NCBI RefSeq assembly: GCF_964204645.1
Contig: NC_134030.1
Span: forward strand, 9,699,222-9,763,221
Reading direction: 5' to 3'
DNA from: Tubulanus polymorphus
Taxonomy: Eukaryota > Animalia > Nemertea
Length of the DNA stretch: 64,000 nt
Shown piece after piece: positions 41,664 through 54,197 of the stretch. Both the position numbers and the translations under genes were made by a program. The notes below the pieces were generated by a model. The model was not told where the DNA came from. It was given only the letters and a program-made list of their open reading frames with translations, and did not search any database. How positions within the stretch are numbered: the first letter of the stretch is position 1; each line of letters starts with the position of its first letter.

Positions 41664-42963
41664 CCATAATTCATGTCATATGCGATATGAAATACGACCG
41701 CTGCAGCAGATAAGATGACGTACAAAATCAGAGTCGACTTGAAAGTCACTTTAAAACAGCTGGCTATTTCCTACGAATCGAGTAATATTCACTCTATTGA
41801 TATCCCCCCGGAATTTCACTTCAAAAACAGCCGACCAAAGACCAGAACGAATTTCTACGGTCGGATTTTACACATCGTCTCGATTTCGTTTGGAATGAGT
41901 TTCTTCGGCTTTCGAAACGAAAATTGGATTAGATATCGCAGTTCTGCGCAATGCTATCCGCCTTACGCCAGACTTCGTTCGTTCGATCTGATCTAGCCCG
42001 ATCCAGAAAACAGCGCACAATTCATTTCATCTATAGAAACAAACGAACACAACGCGAAAAAGAATATTCATCGATCATGATAGAACAGATGAAGAATACG
42101 ATGTGCGTTGCACGCTTCGGTAATTTCAGCCATCATAGCGTCACACAATATATACACAAATTGCCCGTCTGGGCTGTCTATCGTTTTATGTCACCAGCAA
42201 CCAAAGGCAATACCGGTATCTTAATATACGTCCATTGTCCGTAGAAAGAGAGATGTATTGCTCGGACGGAATAAGTGACAGATCATCTAGTTTCTATACG
42301 TACCCGTATAGTTATGTTTCATTCGCCATATACCAACCCATGGTTTCCATAAACGAATTAAGAGTCCATGTTACGACTATTACTTTTCTCGTCCCCGTGC
42401 TTAGACCCACTAGAGCACACCCCAGTACATGTCTACATCATACTCGGATTTGTGGTAACTTTACAGGGCCACGAATTTTCATTTTCCTGTGAGCTTTATA
42501 TAATGTAGCTTGGTTTACGGGGTAGACCTATTCAATTATCACTTAGAGGAGGAAATGAAAGTAGAAAATCCCTTTGTGAGATAAAATCACTTTTTGAAGG
42601 AAGAGGAACTATCGATAGAGCAATATAAATATGCCCAAAATGATTCTTGGAACATTCGAATTCTGCACACTGCGATCAAAAAAGAACCTCGCATTTTTCA
42701 ATTCTTATTCAAGCCCGGATTCTCATTCGGCGGAGGCGAAAAATATTTTTTTGCTCATTTTGTCACCGAATTCGTTCCACGGACGGGAATAAAACAAAAA
42801 ATTCTTTTTTTTTACTTTTCTTCAAATTTCGGTGGCGGTTCCAGTAAACCAAGCTATTAAAAAGCATTTATGTTTGTGTGTATTTTGTTTCATGTATGAT
42901 GTGTGTATCGGTTTCTTTTTGTGTTGTTTTGTTTTTGTCTTAGTTAGGTATTGTAAATGTTCT

Positions 42964-43022
42964 TGTAATGTAATGTATTGTATTGTATTGTATTGTATTG
43001 TATTGTATTGTATTGTATTGTG
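42964..43022. repeat. (TATTG)n microsatellite
   Basis: Directly visible. Confidence 0.95.
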
Positions 43023-44389
43023 TAGTCTCTTTTTATTAACATGTCTTGTCTTAGAAAGTTTGTTCTTTATAGAGTTGGTAAAGATTAATTGAACTGAATT
43101 GATTATTCATACGAAATATGAGTATGCAATCAATAACGACGACCTATATTCACCATGTCTGGCGGTCCAACAAAACTACGTCCCCGGATTCCCGGTTCGA
43201 TTACACAATACGATCCCGTGGTGGTACTGGTGCCGGTCGATTCTTTGAAAAAAAAGATGTTCTAGAAATCTATATCCGGGCGAACCATCATGAGAAAACA
43301 ATCAAAACGAAACGTATGGAGCAACCGATATATTGATCGAAGATACGGCTAACCTTTGTCTCAGACGATATTGTCATGTGAAATGACCAAGGTCAATGTG
43401 ATATTCGTGGGAAGCTTTATCTTAGCGGCTCATTGCGCGGCAGACCATGAATATCGGAGAAAAGTGTTACATATCTTGGATAAACATTGCGCACAGACGA
43501 CCACTGAGTGAAAGAAACAGACTCGATACATGAACTGCTAATTTCTCTAACGATCATCAGATTTCATAGGATGTTAATGTATTGGGATCAAGTCCGATAT
43601 ACGGCATTATTGTGCAATGTGTAGAGTTATTTTTTGAGAAAATCGGGGAATTTGGAAATATACTACTGCGCAGGCTGAAATTATGAAAGAGTGAAACTAA
43701 TAGAAGTTGACAGGTCGCCACCCATTCCCATCGTTTACACAAACTGTCGACTGTCAACGGTCATTTGCTGTGTTGATGCTGACCGAAGAATGCAGTATGA
43801 CTCTACACACTCACTATAATGCCATATACTGGACTAGCTCCGTATACATCGAATACAAAACAAGTCGAATTTTCAAGCCGAAAAGCGGCATGTGACTTTG
43901 GTAACACTCATTCCCCCTTAGGTCGCCTCGTCCCTGCGGTTCCATTTGCTGACATTTTGTATAGATTGACATTTAAGAATATTCGATAGGTTTTGTTTGT
44001 CGGAACGTAAGAAAGGCCAACCGGAAACCCATCTCAAAGATTGGAAAAGCTTCGCGTGACGCGGCGCTGGTGAAAATATATACGACATTCCATTTTAATC
44101 TAAAAACTTTCCGACGAATCGATATCGGCGCAGTAAGCGAATATGTTTTTAATCGAGTGGCATCGTCGCCAGCACATCAGAAGCAGACGGAGAGAGACTT
44201 AAATCTTTTGTTCGAAAATCTCCGTCCATCGTCTCAGTTTCCTTGTTTTGTATACACGTATACATTGAGAGAATTAATATTCGAGCCAGTGCAAAAAACG
44301 GCTATGGTTTTGTGGTTTTGAAGAGATCTTCTTCAAGATCGCAAAACCACATCAAAATCGGATGTACTGTTGTCTCCCTTCCTTTCTTT

Positions 44390-44596
<207 letters not shown>

Positions 44597-44684
44597 GCTG
44601 CGGCTAAATTGTTAGCGGCTTCCTAAACTCTGTAAATAAATATTGACAGTGAAACGTTGTTTCGAAGAATATGATCCATCATCT

Positions 44685-44755
44685 CAGGGATAGTTCCATA
44701 GTCATTGCTTAGACTTAAAACAGAATCGAAAAGTCTCGACTATGGAATCGGCCCG
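44685..44755. mobile_element. Short deleted copy of the 39267-39404 MITE
   Basis: GTTCCATAGTCATTGCTTAGACTTAA ... CGACTATGGAATCGGCCC. Confidence 0.55.
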
Positions 44756-45499
44756 TCAGGAGAAAAACCAATTCGGCTGATGACAGACACATCAACCAGC
44801 ATAAATACAATAGACCTTTCAATCATTCAGTATATATATCGCGGTGTTTTAAAACTGCGCAGATGTGAAATATCTCTTTCCTAACAACTATCGATTCGAC
44901 GTTCGTTTTTCGTGCACTCGCGTAACCTTGTCTGTTTTGTCGCTCAGAAGTCATTTCAAATTGTCGTTGTTCGTTAAATCACATGTATGCCGATCAGCCA
45001 GTCGGAAAGCAAATACATCATCGCCAACTGACTGGAAGTGGAGCTTCTGTGTAGGCGATGATTTGTAGACCGAGAAAAAGAAAAGATGCAAAAGGCTATG
45101 ATGAACTTACTGCGATTCGCCCTATCGTGTTCAAACAAAACTCAGCGACAACTTCCCCACAACAATACCATAATCCGGAATACATAAGCCACTATTACTC
45201 CGTACTAACAGATGTTTTGTATAAAAAAAAAACATCATACATATGATATATATGTAAAGACTAATTTCATGTGACACCTGGGGCTGATATACAACTGTAG
45301 TTACAAGCTGTCTGCGAACCTCGGGACGTTTGTCATGACAAAACAAATTTGGTGCAAGACCTGATTAACTGTGATTTATTATGAATTGCGTTGCGATTTA
45401 AAAAACCGATCCGACTTCGTGGAATTGGCGACGATTTTATTGCGAAATACGTAAGATCCATAACGGTTATTGGGTTTCCTTAAAAAGAAATATTTCGAA

Positions 45500-45680
45500 T
45501 ATTGATAATGTCATTTATATAACGCAGGTATCCTAAGCGGAGTCTGGAGTTCAAACGCGCTCTAAATTGGTATTATCAACCCCAGCTTAAAACTTTAAGC
45601 ATATTGCCTATAGGACACTCGGTAATGTACGGGGTTCGAACCCACGACCTAGCTTCGAAAGCTCTAACCACTCATCCATA
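45500..45680 (-). mobile_element. tRNA-derived SINE, internally deleted
   Basis: Minus strand has an A-box-like TGGATGAGTGG, a B box GGTTCGAACCC and a 3' tail GCGTTATATAAATGACATT. Confidence 0.7.
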
Positions 45681-46347
45681 CCGCACGAATTCGGTACTGG
45701 TATTCTACAATGGGACAACGATTCATCCACGATTACAAAAAGATCGTTATCGCAATCGCAATCTGGAGGTATCGTGAAGCAGAAACAGATGGTCGGCCAG
45801 TTGCGAAGTCCAGTGGCAATTGAATCATGGGTGTCACCAGAGGGATTTCAGCAAATTCGAATTTACTATCTGGTCAACTCGGTACCATGCACCGATTCGC
45901 CGGTCAGGCCTCCATACGCTAAGTCCAAGAAAGCAACGGTAGAATTGAAGGCAAATAACATGATGTTTAAACGATCAGCTGAACTGTTACTTTTGATGCG
46001 AAAATTAAGCATGGAAACTTGATTCTGCTTTCTATCAATGTAAATATGCCTAGCTACAACTCAATGACAAACTCTGTGCATCAATATTGGATTTTTCAAC
46101 GAAAAATTCAAATATAATTCACATATGAATGGGTAGTTTTTTTATAGATATTTCAGACATACAGAATATTTTTTTGGATGATCCATACTAGAATTCTGAA
46201 GCATTGATAGATACAGATAAATTCGCGGTCTATGCTGCATTTACGTTTCATAACTAGATGATTACGTCCGATGATTGGATGAGTTTAACAGCAATGAGAA
46301 TTAGGCCGTGAAATTGAAGAATCATTTCATTCGATGTTTAACCCGCA

Positions 46348-47457
46348 ATGGCGTTTAGTGTTTCGGTGACGATGGAAAATACATCAACGGTCTTGCTTCA
46401 CCTCAATGCATCAGACGTCACGACGGAAAGAGGAGGGTTTGAACCTCATCCGCGATGTAAATACATACACCACGCAGATTATAAGCCGTTTCACGAAAAC
46501 CTTTATATACGAGTCATGACTTATATCATTTTTAGTGTGTCTGTTTCTGGAGTCTTTTCAAATTTGTTTTCTTTTATAATTCTAACCAAAGAACGTTCGA
46601 CTAACACGAGTATATTCTATTTGAGATGTTTGGCCGTTGCCGATCTGTCAACAAGTCTGTCTTACGTGTTCATAGAATTTCAGTATCATCTATATGGTCA
46701 CACTTTGTTACTGGACATGACCGCTAAATTCAACCACGATATGAAACGTCTTTATTCGTACACACAAAATCTTAAATTCATATTCGGATCGTTTTCTAGT
46801 CTGATAACAGTGCTAATAGCTTTAGACAGATATATCGTAGTTTGTTGGCCTCTTAAAGCGGTAAGAATTATAACCAGTAAGAGAAGTTATATCAACGTCT
46901 CTTCGATTGCGATAATTTCTGCAACTGACATCATTTTCAGAAATATGTTTCGGTATAAAACTCGTCGTTACCGTAATCCATGCACTGGACACGAGAGATG
47001 GACTCAGAAGTATACAGCGTTTGGCAAAAATATCTATCTGAGATATTATGCGACGTTTGTTCGGGCTCCTTTATTTCTCTTCGTCCCCACAGTGATAATG
47101 GTTCTGCTAACTATCCGATTGATTTTCACGTTGAGGCGCGCAGGAGCAAAGAGAAAAACCATGTCTACAAATATTCAAACCTCAAACAGCAGCGACCGTA
47201 GTTTAACTCTGACGTTAGTTATCGTTGCCAGTTTCGACTTAATCAAGCGGACACTCAGTTTGAGAGGCGCAATTAGCAATTTAATACGCATCATTGGAGG
47301 CCGATATAGGAAATCGACATATATTTATCCGGTGCAAAATTTGTTACGAATGATCGTAGCATCTTGTAATTTCTATATTTACTGCGCTTCGAGGCGTCAC
47401 TTTAGAAATCGACTTCGAACAATGTTTAGCTGTTCCAAAACTAAACATTTTCAGTGA
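46348..47457 (+). CDS. Divergent rhodopsin-class GPCR (FMRFamide-receptor-like or putative chemoreceptor), 369 aa, single coding exon
   Basis: SN (TM1), LAVAD (TM2), DRYIVVCWP (TM3), P in TM5, ASCNFYIY (TM7), FR..L helix 8 and N-terminal sequons. The start may be the second Met at 46372. Confidence 0.92.
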   Translation: MAFSVSVTMENTSTVLLHLNASDVTTERGGFEPHPRCKYIHHADYKPFHENLYIRVMTYIIFSVSVSGVFSNLFSFIILTKERSTNTSIFYLRCLAVADLSTSLSYVFIEFQYHLYGHTLLLDMTAKFNHDMKRLYSYTQNLKFIFGSFSSLITVLIALDRYIVVCWPLKAVRIITSKRSYINVSSIAIISATDIIFRNMFRYKTRRYRNPCTGHERWTQKYTAFGKNIYLRYYATFVRAPLFLFVPTVIMVLLTIRLIFTLRRAGAKRKTMSTNIQTSNSSDRSLTLTLVIVASFDLIKRTLSLRGAISNLIRIIGGRYRKSTYIYPVQNLLRMIVASCNFYIYCASRRHFRNRLRTMFSCSKTKHFQ

Positions 47458-47959
47458 ATGCAAGTGAATGTGGTTTTTTGAACTACAACCCCAAGTTTTT
47501 GATCCTGACATCATGGCGATTTTTCTCGGTGAGCTCTTCACCCCGGAAATTGATAGTTTGATTCGTCTCAACTCCAGAACAGGTAAAAGTAGATCTGCGG
47601 GCTCATATTTCACCGTGAAAAAAATTACTACGCGCTGATCGATAGAAGGTGAAGTAAATTTCAGAAATCGACAATCGGCAATCAGAAACAACCCAACCTG
47701 ATAGTCGACCATTTATCGAGTCGACAATCGGCAATCAGAAACCTGAGTTTAAGACTAACAATCCGAAGAGCAGGCCAGTTCTATCAAACAATAAATAAAC
47801 TATTTCTGAGAATGGCTGGAAATATTGGGCCATGGTGTTCGTGTTTTCGCATTATAAAGTACCTTCAGACTTACACTATCTGTTTACCTTGTAATTTTCT
47901 AGCCAATATAACGTCGATCGATAACGGTTATTGGATTCTTTGAAAAAATTATTTCGAAT

Positions 47960-48219
47960 AATAACAATGTCATTTATATAGCGCAAGTGTCCTAAACGGA
48001 GTCTGGAGTTCAAACGCGCTCTAAATTGGTATTATTATCCCCAGCTTATAACTCTATTCCATGTACAGCCATCTCTCCCTGGGGAGAAGTAACATCCGAG
48101 CAACAACTATAGGCGCTCAGGAGTCATCTATCAGGCCAGGTACCCATTTACTCCTGGGTGGATAGAGGCAACGAGGATAAGCGTCTTGTCCGAGGGCGCT
48201 GCGGTAATGTACGGGGTTC
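47960..48219 (-). mobile_element. tRNA-derived SINE with CORE-like body, 5' truncated at the B box
   Basis: Minus strand GGACAAGACGCTT...CCACCCAGGAGTAAATGGGTACC and the same tail as the other copies. Confidence 0.75.
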
Positions 48220-48237
48220 ACGCAATACTATACATCA

Positions 48238-48727
48238 ACTTCGAGCAATGTTTTGCTGCTCCAAAACTAAATACATTCAGTGAATACAAGTGTTGATTGT
48301 GTTTTATGAGCTACAAGGTTTGGATCCTGGCATAATGACGAATTTTCTTAGGTGAGCTCTCCACCCCAGTAGTTGATACATGTACTTTGAATCCTTCCAG
48401 TTACAGAGTTTCTTTCTGTAGTTCTTCTCCCAGCTCTCCAACCCCGAAAATTGATAGATTCAATCCTGACAGTAACAGAGTTTCCTCCCTGAGCTCTCCA
48501 ACCCCGCCAATAATTGATGCGCGGTTGTGCAGAAAACCCGTGATCGCCGCCGGACCTACGAGTTTAAGATTAAAAATCCGCAGAGCAGGCCAGTTCTTTC
48601 AAAATATGAAACTATTTCTCGGAATCGTCGGAAATATTGGGCCAGTTTTCGCGTTTTCGCATTACAAAGAACCTTCAAACTTACATTATCCTATTTACCC
48701 GCTCATTTTCTGGCCAAGATAAACGAT
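48238..48727 (+). pseudogene. Remnant of a tandem paralog of the 46.3-kb GPCR: last about 14 codons (LRAMFCCSKTKYIQ*) plus 3' flank
   Basis: Colinear similarity to 47412-47915 (LRTMFSCSKTKHFQ* and downstream sequence); no upstream coding sequence is present. Confidence 0.85.
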
Positions 48728-50894
48728 ATTTGAATGTAACGATTTTTCAAATGTGAACTTTTTGAAGACACTTAATAGAGTAATTTCCTGTGTGCTGATA
48801 ATGAAATAAAGAGAGTCGTATGCTGAATCGAGAAACACGAAAATCATGGAATTGCTAGGAAGCCGAAAAGATTTTTATTTGGCAATCAGATACAATTTGA
48901 AGTAAAAAGGGCCGATGGTATCTCTCGTGCCTAATGGCAGTGTGAAGATGTCAACGTTTCGAGACGCGATAATTCGCCAGCCGATATTCCATAATATATT
49001 CCGCGTAACATCGTAAGTGTTTATAGTTCACTGGGTCGTAAACCGTCTAGGAAATTGCGGCGCACGCGCGCGCATACCCGCCGTCTCATTATTGCCTACT
49101 GGTGTTTTTCTTTAATTTGGCGAATTTGTTCCCGAGTTCAGGAAACGTGTTCGGAAACGGCGGAAAATAATCAACGACGCACGATGCCGAGTTACCGGAA
49201 GCGCTTCGAGAGCGGGCTGAGCAGAGTGGCCGGTGGTCATTCTTCCGGCTTACGTTCTGGTCATACACAGCTGTGCTCATCCCGTTTCCGCGTTTACGCG
49301 TGCAAACGTAACTAACTTGCGCCGTAAACCTCAATCCTACAGCGATTATGACGTAAATCCCGAATACCGTACGTTCATATACATAAAACAACGTGTTGTA
49401 TAGAGCAGGATGAAACAAGCTGGTTTTAGATAATGCTGGATTTCGGAGGGGCAGGGTTTTTTCATGCACAAAAAATGGAAAAATACAGTAATAGTAACTC
49501 GTATGCTAGCGTTTTAGAGAAATTTTGATGCGTCGGTTTAGCCCGTAATATCCTAAATCTTCATGATGTGACAAGATCGGTACGTATTGACGGAATTCTA
49601 AGCGATTAAGTACGGTTTTTATTAAACTCTGCGACGATCGAGTACATATGTTTTAATAGACTTGAGAATCTTAGGTTTAATTTACGAGGTTTCGCCGTTA
49701 AGCCAACTGGAGAAATCTTTTTCCGATAAGAAAACGTGCTTTTCCTACTAAAAAATACGTCGCATGCTCGCTGATGAAATATCACAATTCCCTCGATGGT
49801 CTTAAAAATAATCTTTAACAACCCAAATCACGCGCGAATTAAATTGAAAAATTGCAATTGCTGCATTTGGAAAAAATCATTCGGAAACTATATTCGTCGG
49901 GAAAAATTGGGTAAAAACAACGCGATAAAAATGAAATCAATTGCCAAGATTGATACTGAAATCAATAGAAAAATGGGTTTGCTCTGAATTTTGTCGATGC
50001 GTTTGAAGATAAGATAGCGTTTCAACCTGTTTTTCTGTTCTCTTAATTAGAATCAATGAAACCAATTCGAATTCATCTTAAAGGAATTAAAAAGGTCCAT
50101 CAATAGATTTCCAGGTTAGTCCCGATTGTTAAGCGAACGGAGCTGTGTAATTTTGGCTATTGAATTAATCTAAGGCCCATGACGCGCACGGCAGCAACAT
50201 GAAAAACTCAACATGCGTCGTTTATGCATTTTCCAGCGCATCCTAACGCGGTGCGCTTTAACCAGAAACATCATTTTGTGAAAAGTTGTATATATTTCGA
50301 AGTAAGATATTCCGAGCCGGACACCAACAGCGGTCGAAAAACACGTTCAGTTTCAACAGAAAAAAATCATAGGTTTCGTGCCGGCATAAGAAAACAGAAA
50401 GGAAGTTTACTCTCCTGTAAACATGTTTTTGCTGCACCGAACAGCCGTGTTATCTCGAGAACCCGGTTGTAGGTGCTGGCCGTCTACAGGCGGCACCTAT
50501 CGGAGAGTATAATTGGTTTCACGCCGTAGCTCCACAGACATTAACTGAGCAATCGATAAAAATTTGATTTCCGGGGGACAAAGGCCAAAACAATCGGCTT
50601 GGTAATTGCCGGGACTCCAGTGAAATTAAGCCACAAACGCAGCTTCAGCCCAGCCGAACAGGTGGTGGCAGCATAAAAAACTTGGTTTCTCTTGTATCAG
50701 CCTTAAGACTACATCAGTTCGTCTTTTCGTCCGAACTGGCTCCAGCTGATGTATCGTGTTCGTACTATTCATAAACATTCACCAAAACGTCTATTAAAAC
50801 TACGGAATTTACTGACCGGCATAATACAATTTTGATTGTTTCCGAGTAAGCGGCATTCGAAATCTATAACCTTATTCAACTGTTATATATTGCG

Positions 50895-51007
50895 CTGAAT
50901 CCAGTTCCACGGTTCTGAATCAAATTTGACTCCAGAGCTAAAACATTGAAAACGAACTGATTTTAGCCTTGAGTTATCTCTTACTCACAACGCGGAACCG
51001 CACCCTG
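50895..51007. mobile_element. PIF/Harbinger-like MITE with CTG target duplication
   Basis: CTG-AATCCAGTTCC ... GGAACCGCACC-CTG; internal AAACATTGAAAA.GAACT is shared with 39408-39515. Confidence 0.7.
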
Positions 51008-51876
51008 TAGGTTACAAGGTCGTCTGAGATCGTAAGAAGTGGTTTTCTATGTAACGTATACGCATCACAGATCGATAGAATTCAAATCGGCGTCTGAACG
51101 ACGCCTATCGCTGCGCAACCGTTTCGCCATCTGGTAATTCGTAGTCGGATGAGACACCAAACCGACAGCTATTCCGCGGCAGAATGAGTTTTTTAGTCAC
51201 CGCCCTCCGTTTATTCGCCACTCCCGGCTACCGCCAAGTAAAAGCTTAGTCCCGAATTAATCAATGCTTTCAGCTTCCGGTTTTCCGCCAAATTCCACAT
51301 CCGCCATCCACGTGCGTAAATCTGAACAAATCTTATAATGGTACACGCAAGTTACAGTTAAATTATGATCGGTTAACCGCCACCAGAGATACTTAAAACA
51401 TGGAGATTACGAAGCACAACTTTACTTTTCGGTAGCAATCGGTCTACGTATAATATAACACTGAATACTGTAATTAATCACCTCCAATTCAACCCCCAGC
51501 TAGACTACAATTAAACTCTCGTCACAGTACAATTAGTGAATATCATAAATGATAGAGTAAACTTCTCACTACTTTATTACAAGGCATACTTTCAATAAAA
51601 CAGAGTTCGTGTGTTTATAGAAAACAGAAATAATACAATAAATACGTTTTGAGTTAATTTCGGATGTTTTGAAAGAAATGCAATTTCTTAAATTCGCTTA
51701 TCAGCCAAAATTGCCGTGGTCCCGATAGTAGCGGATTACAGAGATTTGACATTTTGCAAGCGAGATGGTTCCAATAAATAAAGTATTATTCGCATCGCAT
51801 CTATTGCTAGTATCCTCACTGATTTTCGATTTCTACTCGTGGGTGATCAATACAAAGCCAGGTTTCTAGTCAGTTT

Positions 51877-52005
51877 GGAAGCGTCCCGGGGATCTATCTG
51901 ATTTAAAGAAAAAAGTTTGCAAGGAATAACGTAGTTTTTTCTGAGTTACGAAATCCAAACTAACCTAGACAATTTTTGTTAATAGATATGTCCCCGGGAC
52001 TCTTC
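51877..52005. repeat. Inverted repeat or MITE
   Basis: GAAGCGTCCCGGGGATCTATCT ... AGATATGTCCCCGGGACTCTTC. Confidence 0.6.
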
Positions 52006-52611
52006 TGTAGATCCCGAAGATGATTTAAGAATTTTTGACTGTGTTTGCTTCAAAATAAAAGGACGGTAAAATCATATTCTTGTACATGATAACAATATCA
52101 ACGAAGAACTTTGCGTGATATTATATACAAGACTGGAGACTGAGGTTAAACAAATCTAGTGCCTCAATTGATCAGCCGCTTCTATGGACTCGAAAAAAGT
52201 AACCGAAAAATCACGATTGTCGCAATGTCTGGCGATTCCGTGCCCGAATTTACACGATGATGTAGAGCGATCATTTTTACGAACCGCGTTGCCAAAAAGT
52301 GTCGACTTTTTGCATCACGCCGGATATTTGATTATACCCACGAATGCGCGATTAGGTAAATGCAAAAAGCGGCTGTAAAATGCACGACAAGCCAATCTCG
52401 AGGCATCGTTTTCGTGACAGCCATCCGGCGAGTAATTACGCGGAAAAGCGCTTCGTTCTACGCGCAATTAACGAGTTCTTTGTACACAAGATATACACGG
52501 CGACGATGTTCTGTTGTTAATCGGTCGGAATCGGTGGCTCCGTCATACGTTGTAGAGAGAATCCCACAATTATAACGCAAAAGTCCGAAAATGAAACTTC
52601 AAGATAGTAGT

Positions 52612-52658
52612 TTCTTTCAACGTTTCGACTATATCCTAATAGTCATCTTCAGGAATAA
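52612..52658 (-). ncRNA. Minimal type I hammerhead ribozyme motif (inverted copy)
   Basis: Reverse-complement arm of the same palindrome with an identical core and stem II. Confidence 0.65.
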
Positions 52659-52679
52659 TTCCTTTTTTCCTGAAGATGA

Positions 52680-52726
52680 TTATTCCTGAAGATGACTATT
52701 AGGATATAGTCGAAACGTTGAAATAA
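52680..52726 (+). ncRNA. Minimal type I hammerhead ribozyme motif (Penelope-like)
   Basis: TTATTC-CTGAAGA-T-GACTAT/TAGGAT/ATAGTC-GAAA-CGTT-GAAATAA: core boxes, 6-bp stem II, palindromic AACGTT stem III and a bulged stem I. Confidence 0.7.
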
Positions 52727-53207
52727 ACTACTATCTCGAAGTTTCATTTTCGGACTTTTTCGTTATAATTGTGGGAATCTCTCTACATCACGGATATAGT
52801 GCTCTATCAATCGTGCTCCGTCATACGTTGTTTGTCTATACACCCTCTCGCTACACGCGAGCGCAATCCAGTTGTTGGACAACGAAAAATGACGCGTTTT
52901 TCCTGCGTTGTTGTGTCGGCGTTCTTTGTTGACGTAAAAAGTTCCCCTTTACAGACAACGTGACACAACCCACGCGTCTTACAGGTCGTGACCACCATCT
53001 CCGTTTTGTGACTACAAGGGAAACACTTGATTGATAAGAGTACTCATTTTTTTCCAAGAACAATCGTAGCTCAGTGGAGTGATACTCTTCCGGCATCTGT
53101 TGTCCAAACCCAATCACCTGAATCCTTTAGGAGGCTGGTATATGTGGCACACAACTATAACTTCTGAAATCCCGTTTCGTGTTTTCGGAAATTTATGCTA
53201 TCTCTTT

Positions 53208-53460
53208 TATTGATAATGATTAATGTCATTAATATAACGCAGGTATCGGAGTATAGTTCAAATGCGCTGCAAATTGGTATTACATGTATTACCCCCAGCC
53301 TATAACTCTATCCCAGGTATCAGCCGTCCGGGGAGAAATAATATTCGAGCAACTACTGGCGCTCGGGAGTCTTATCAGACCGGGTGCCCATTTACTCCTG
53401 GGTGGGAAGAGGCAATGAGGATAAGCGTCTTGTCCGAGGACATTACGGCAATGTATGGGA
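53208..53460 (-). mobile_element. tRNA-derived SINE with CORE-like body, third copy
   Basis: Colinear with 47960-48219 (CCCATTTACTCCTGGGTGG, GGATAAGCGTCTTGTCCGAGG). Confidence 0.75.
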
Positions 53461-53729
53461 TACGTTTTTCATCGTCTTAACACATACACGCACGCATTTG
53501 AATATGTGATTTTGTTACGCACAGTGAATGGTTAATCGTTGAATCCGTGTACGTTATCTGTACTGTCCGTCATGCGTTTCATCTTTGTCGTTTGTAGGAA
53601 ATCCGTAAATTCGAAGGCAAAGCAAGATCAGGTGGATTGACAACCCAACAAACTGGTTATGGATACCCCGATATTTCTCACGCCCGTCCAACGAATTCAT
53701 CTTCTTAATTAACCCAGTATGGCAATAAT

Positions 53730-54197
53730 TGAAAGACGATCATTTTGTATATGTTTGGTAGTATTACGTATCAAATAAAGGAAGGTCGTCAACGCGCCAT
53801 ACAACCAGAAAACCGTCTCTGTTGGGTAATGTGATTGAAGATGAAGAACATTTTCTGTTTCATTTAAGAAAATTCGACTCAAATAGACCTATTAATGGTA
53901 TTGATAAATTGGATATTTCATCTCTTGCAATTAGTTTTTATAATGATAAAGCTGATATTCTAAATCTGCTAAAATATGCTAGAGAATGTGTTTCCAACAC
54001 CAGTATCATTGTGAATAGGTATATGTACCGGGGTATTAATGTATTACGTACTGTTAATCAATCTTGATAACTGCTGCGGTAACTCTGAGTGTAATTTTGT
54101 GACTCTCACGTGTTTGTTCTTTTTTAGACTTTTGTAAATTTGATGTGGGGCATAAGCGTTGTACACGTTTTTACCGAATAAAGTTTGAATTTGAATA
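53730..54197 (+). mobile_element. Degenerate 3' end of a CR1/L2-group LINE (ORF2 C-terminus plus 3' UTR)
   Basis: IKEGRQRAIQPENRLC, a frameshift, then GNVIEDEEHFLFH (the GR...RLC..C...EDE.HF motif); ends AATAAAGTTTGAATTTGAAT. Confidence 0.75.

Larger units (their letters stand above)
52537..52831. mobile_element. Penelope-like retroelement terminal-repeat relic: about 109-bp inverted arms flanked by a 17-bp direct repeat
   Basis: Arms at 52551-52659 and 52679-52787; GCTCCGTCATACGTTGT occurs at 52537-52553 and 52815-52831. Confidence 0.7.

Noticed and set aside
45620-45680. tRNA gene (A/B boxes)
   Set aside because: No cloverleaf; contiguous with SINE body and tail
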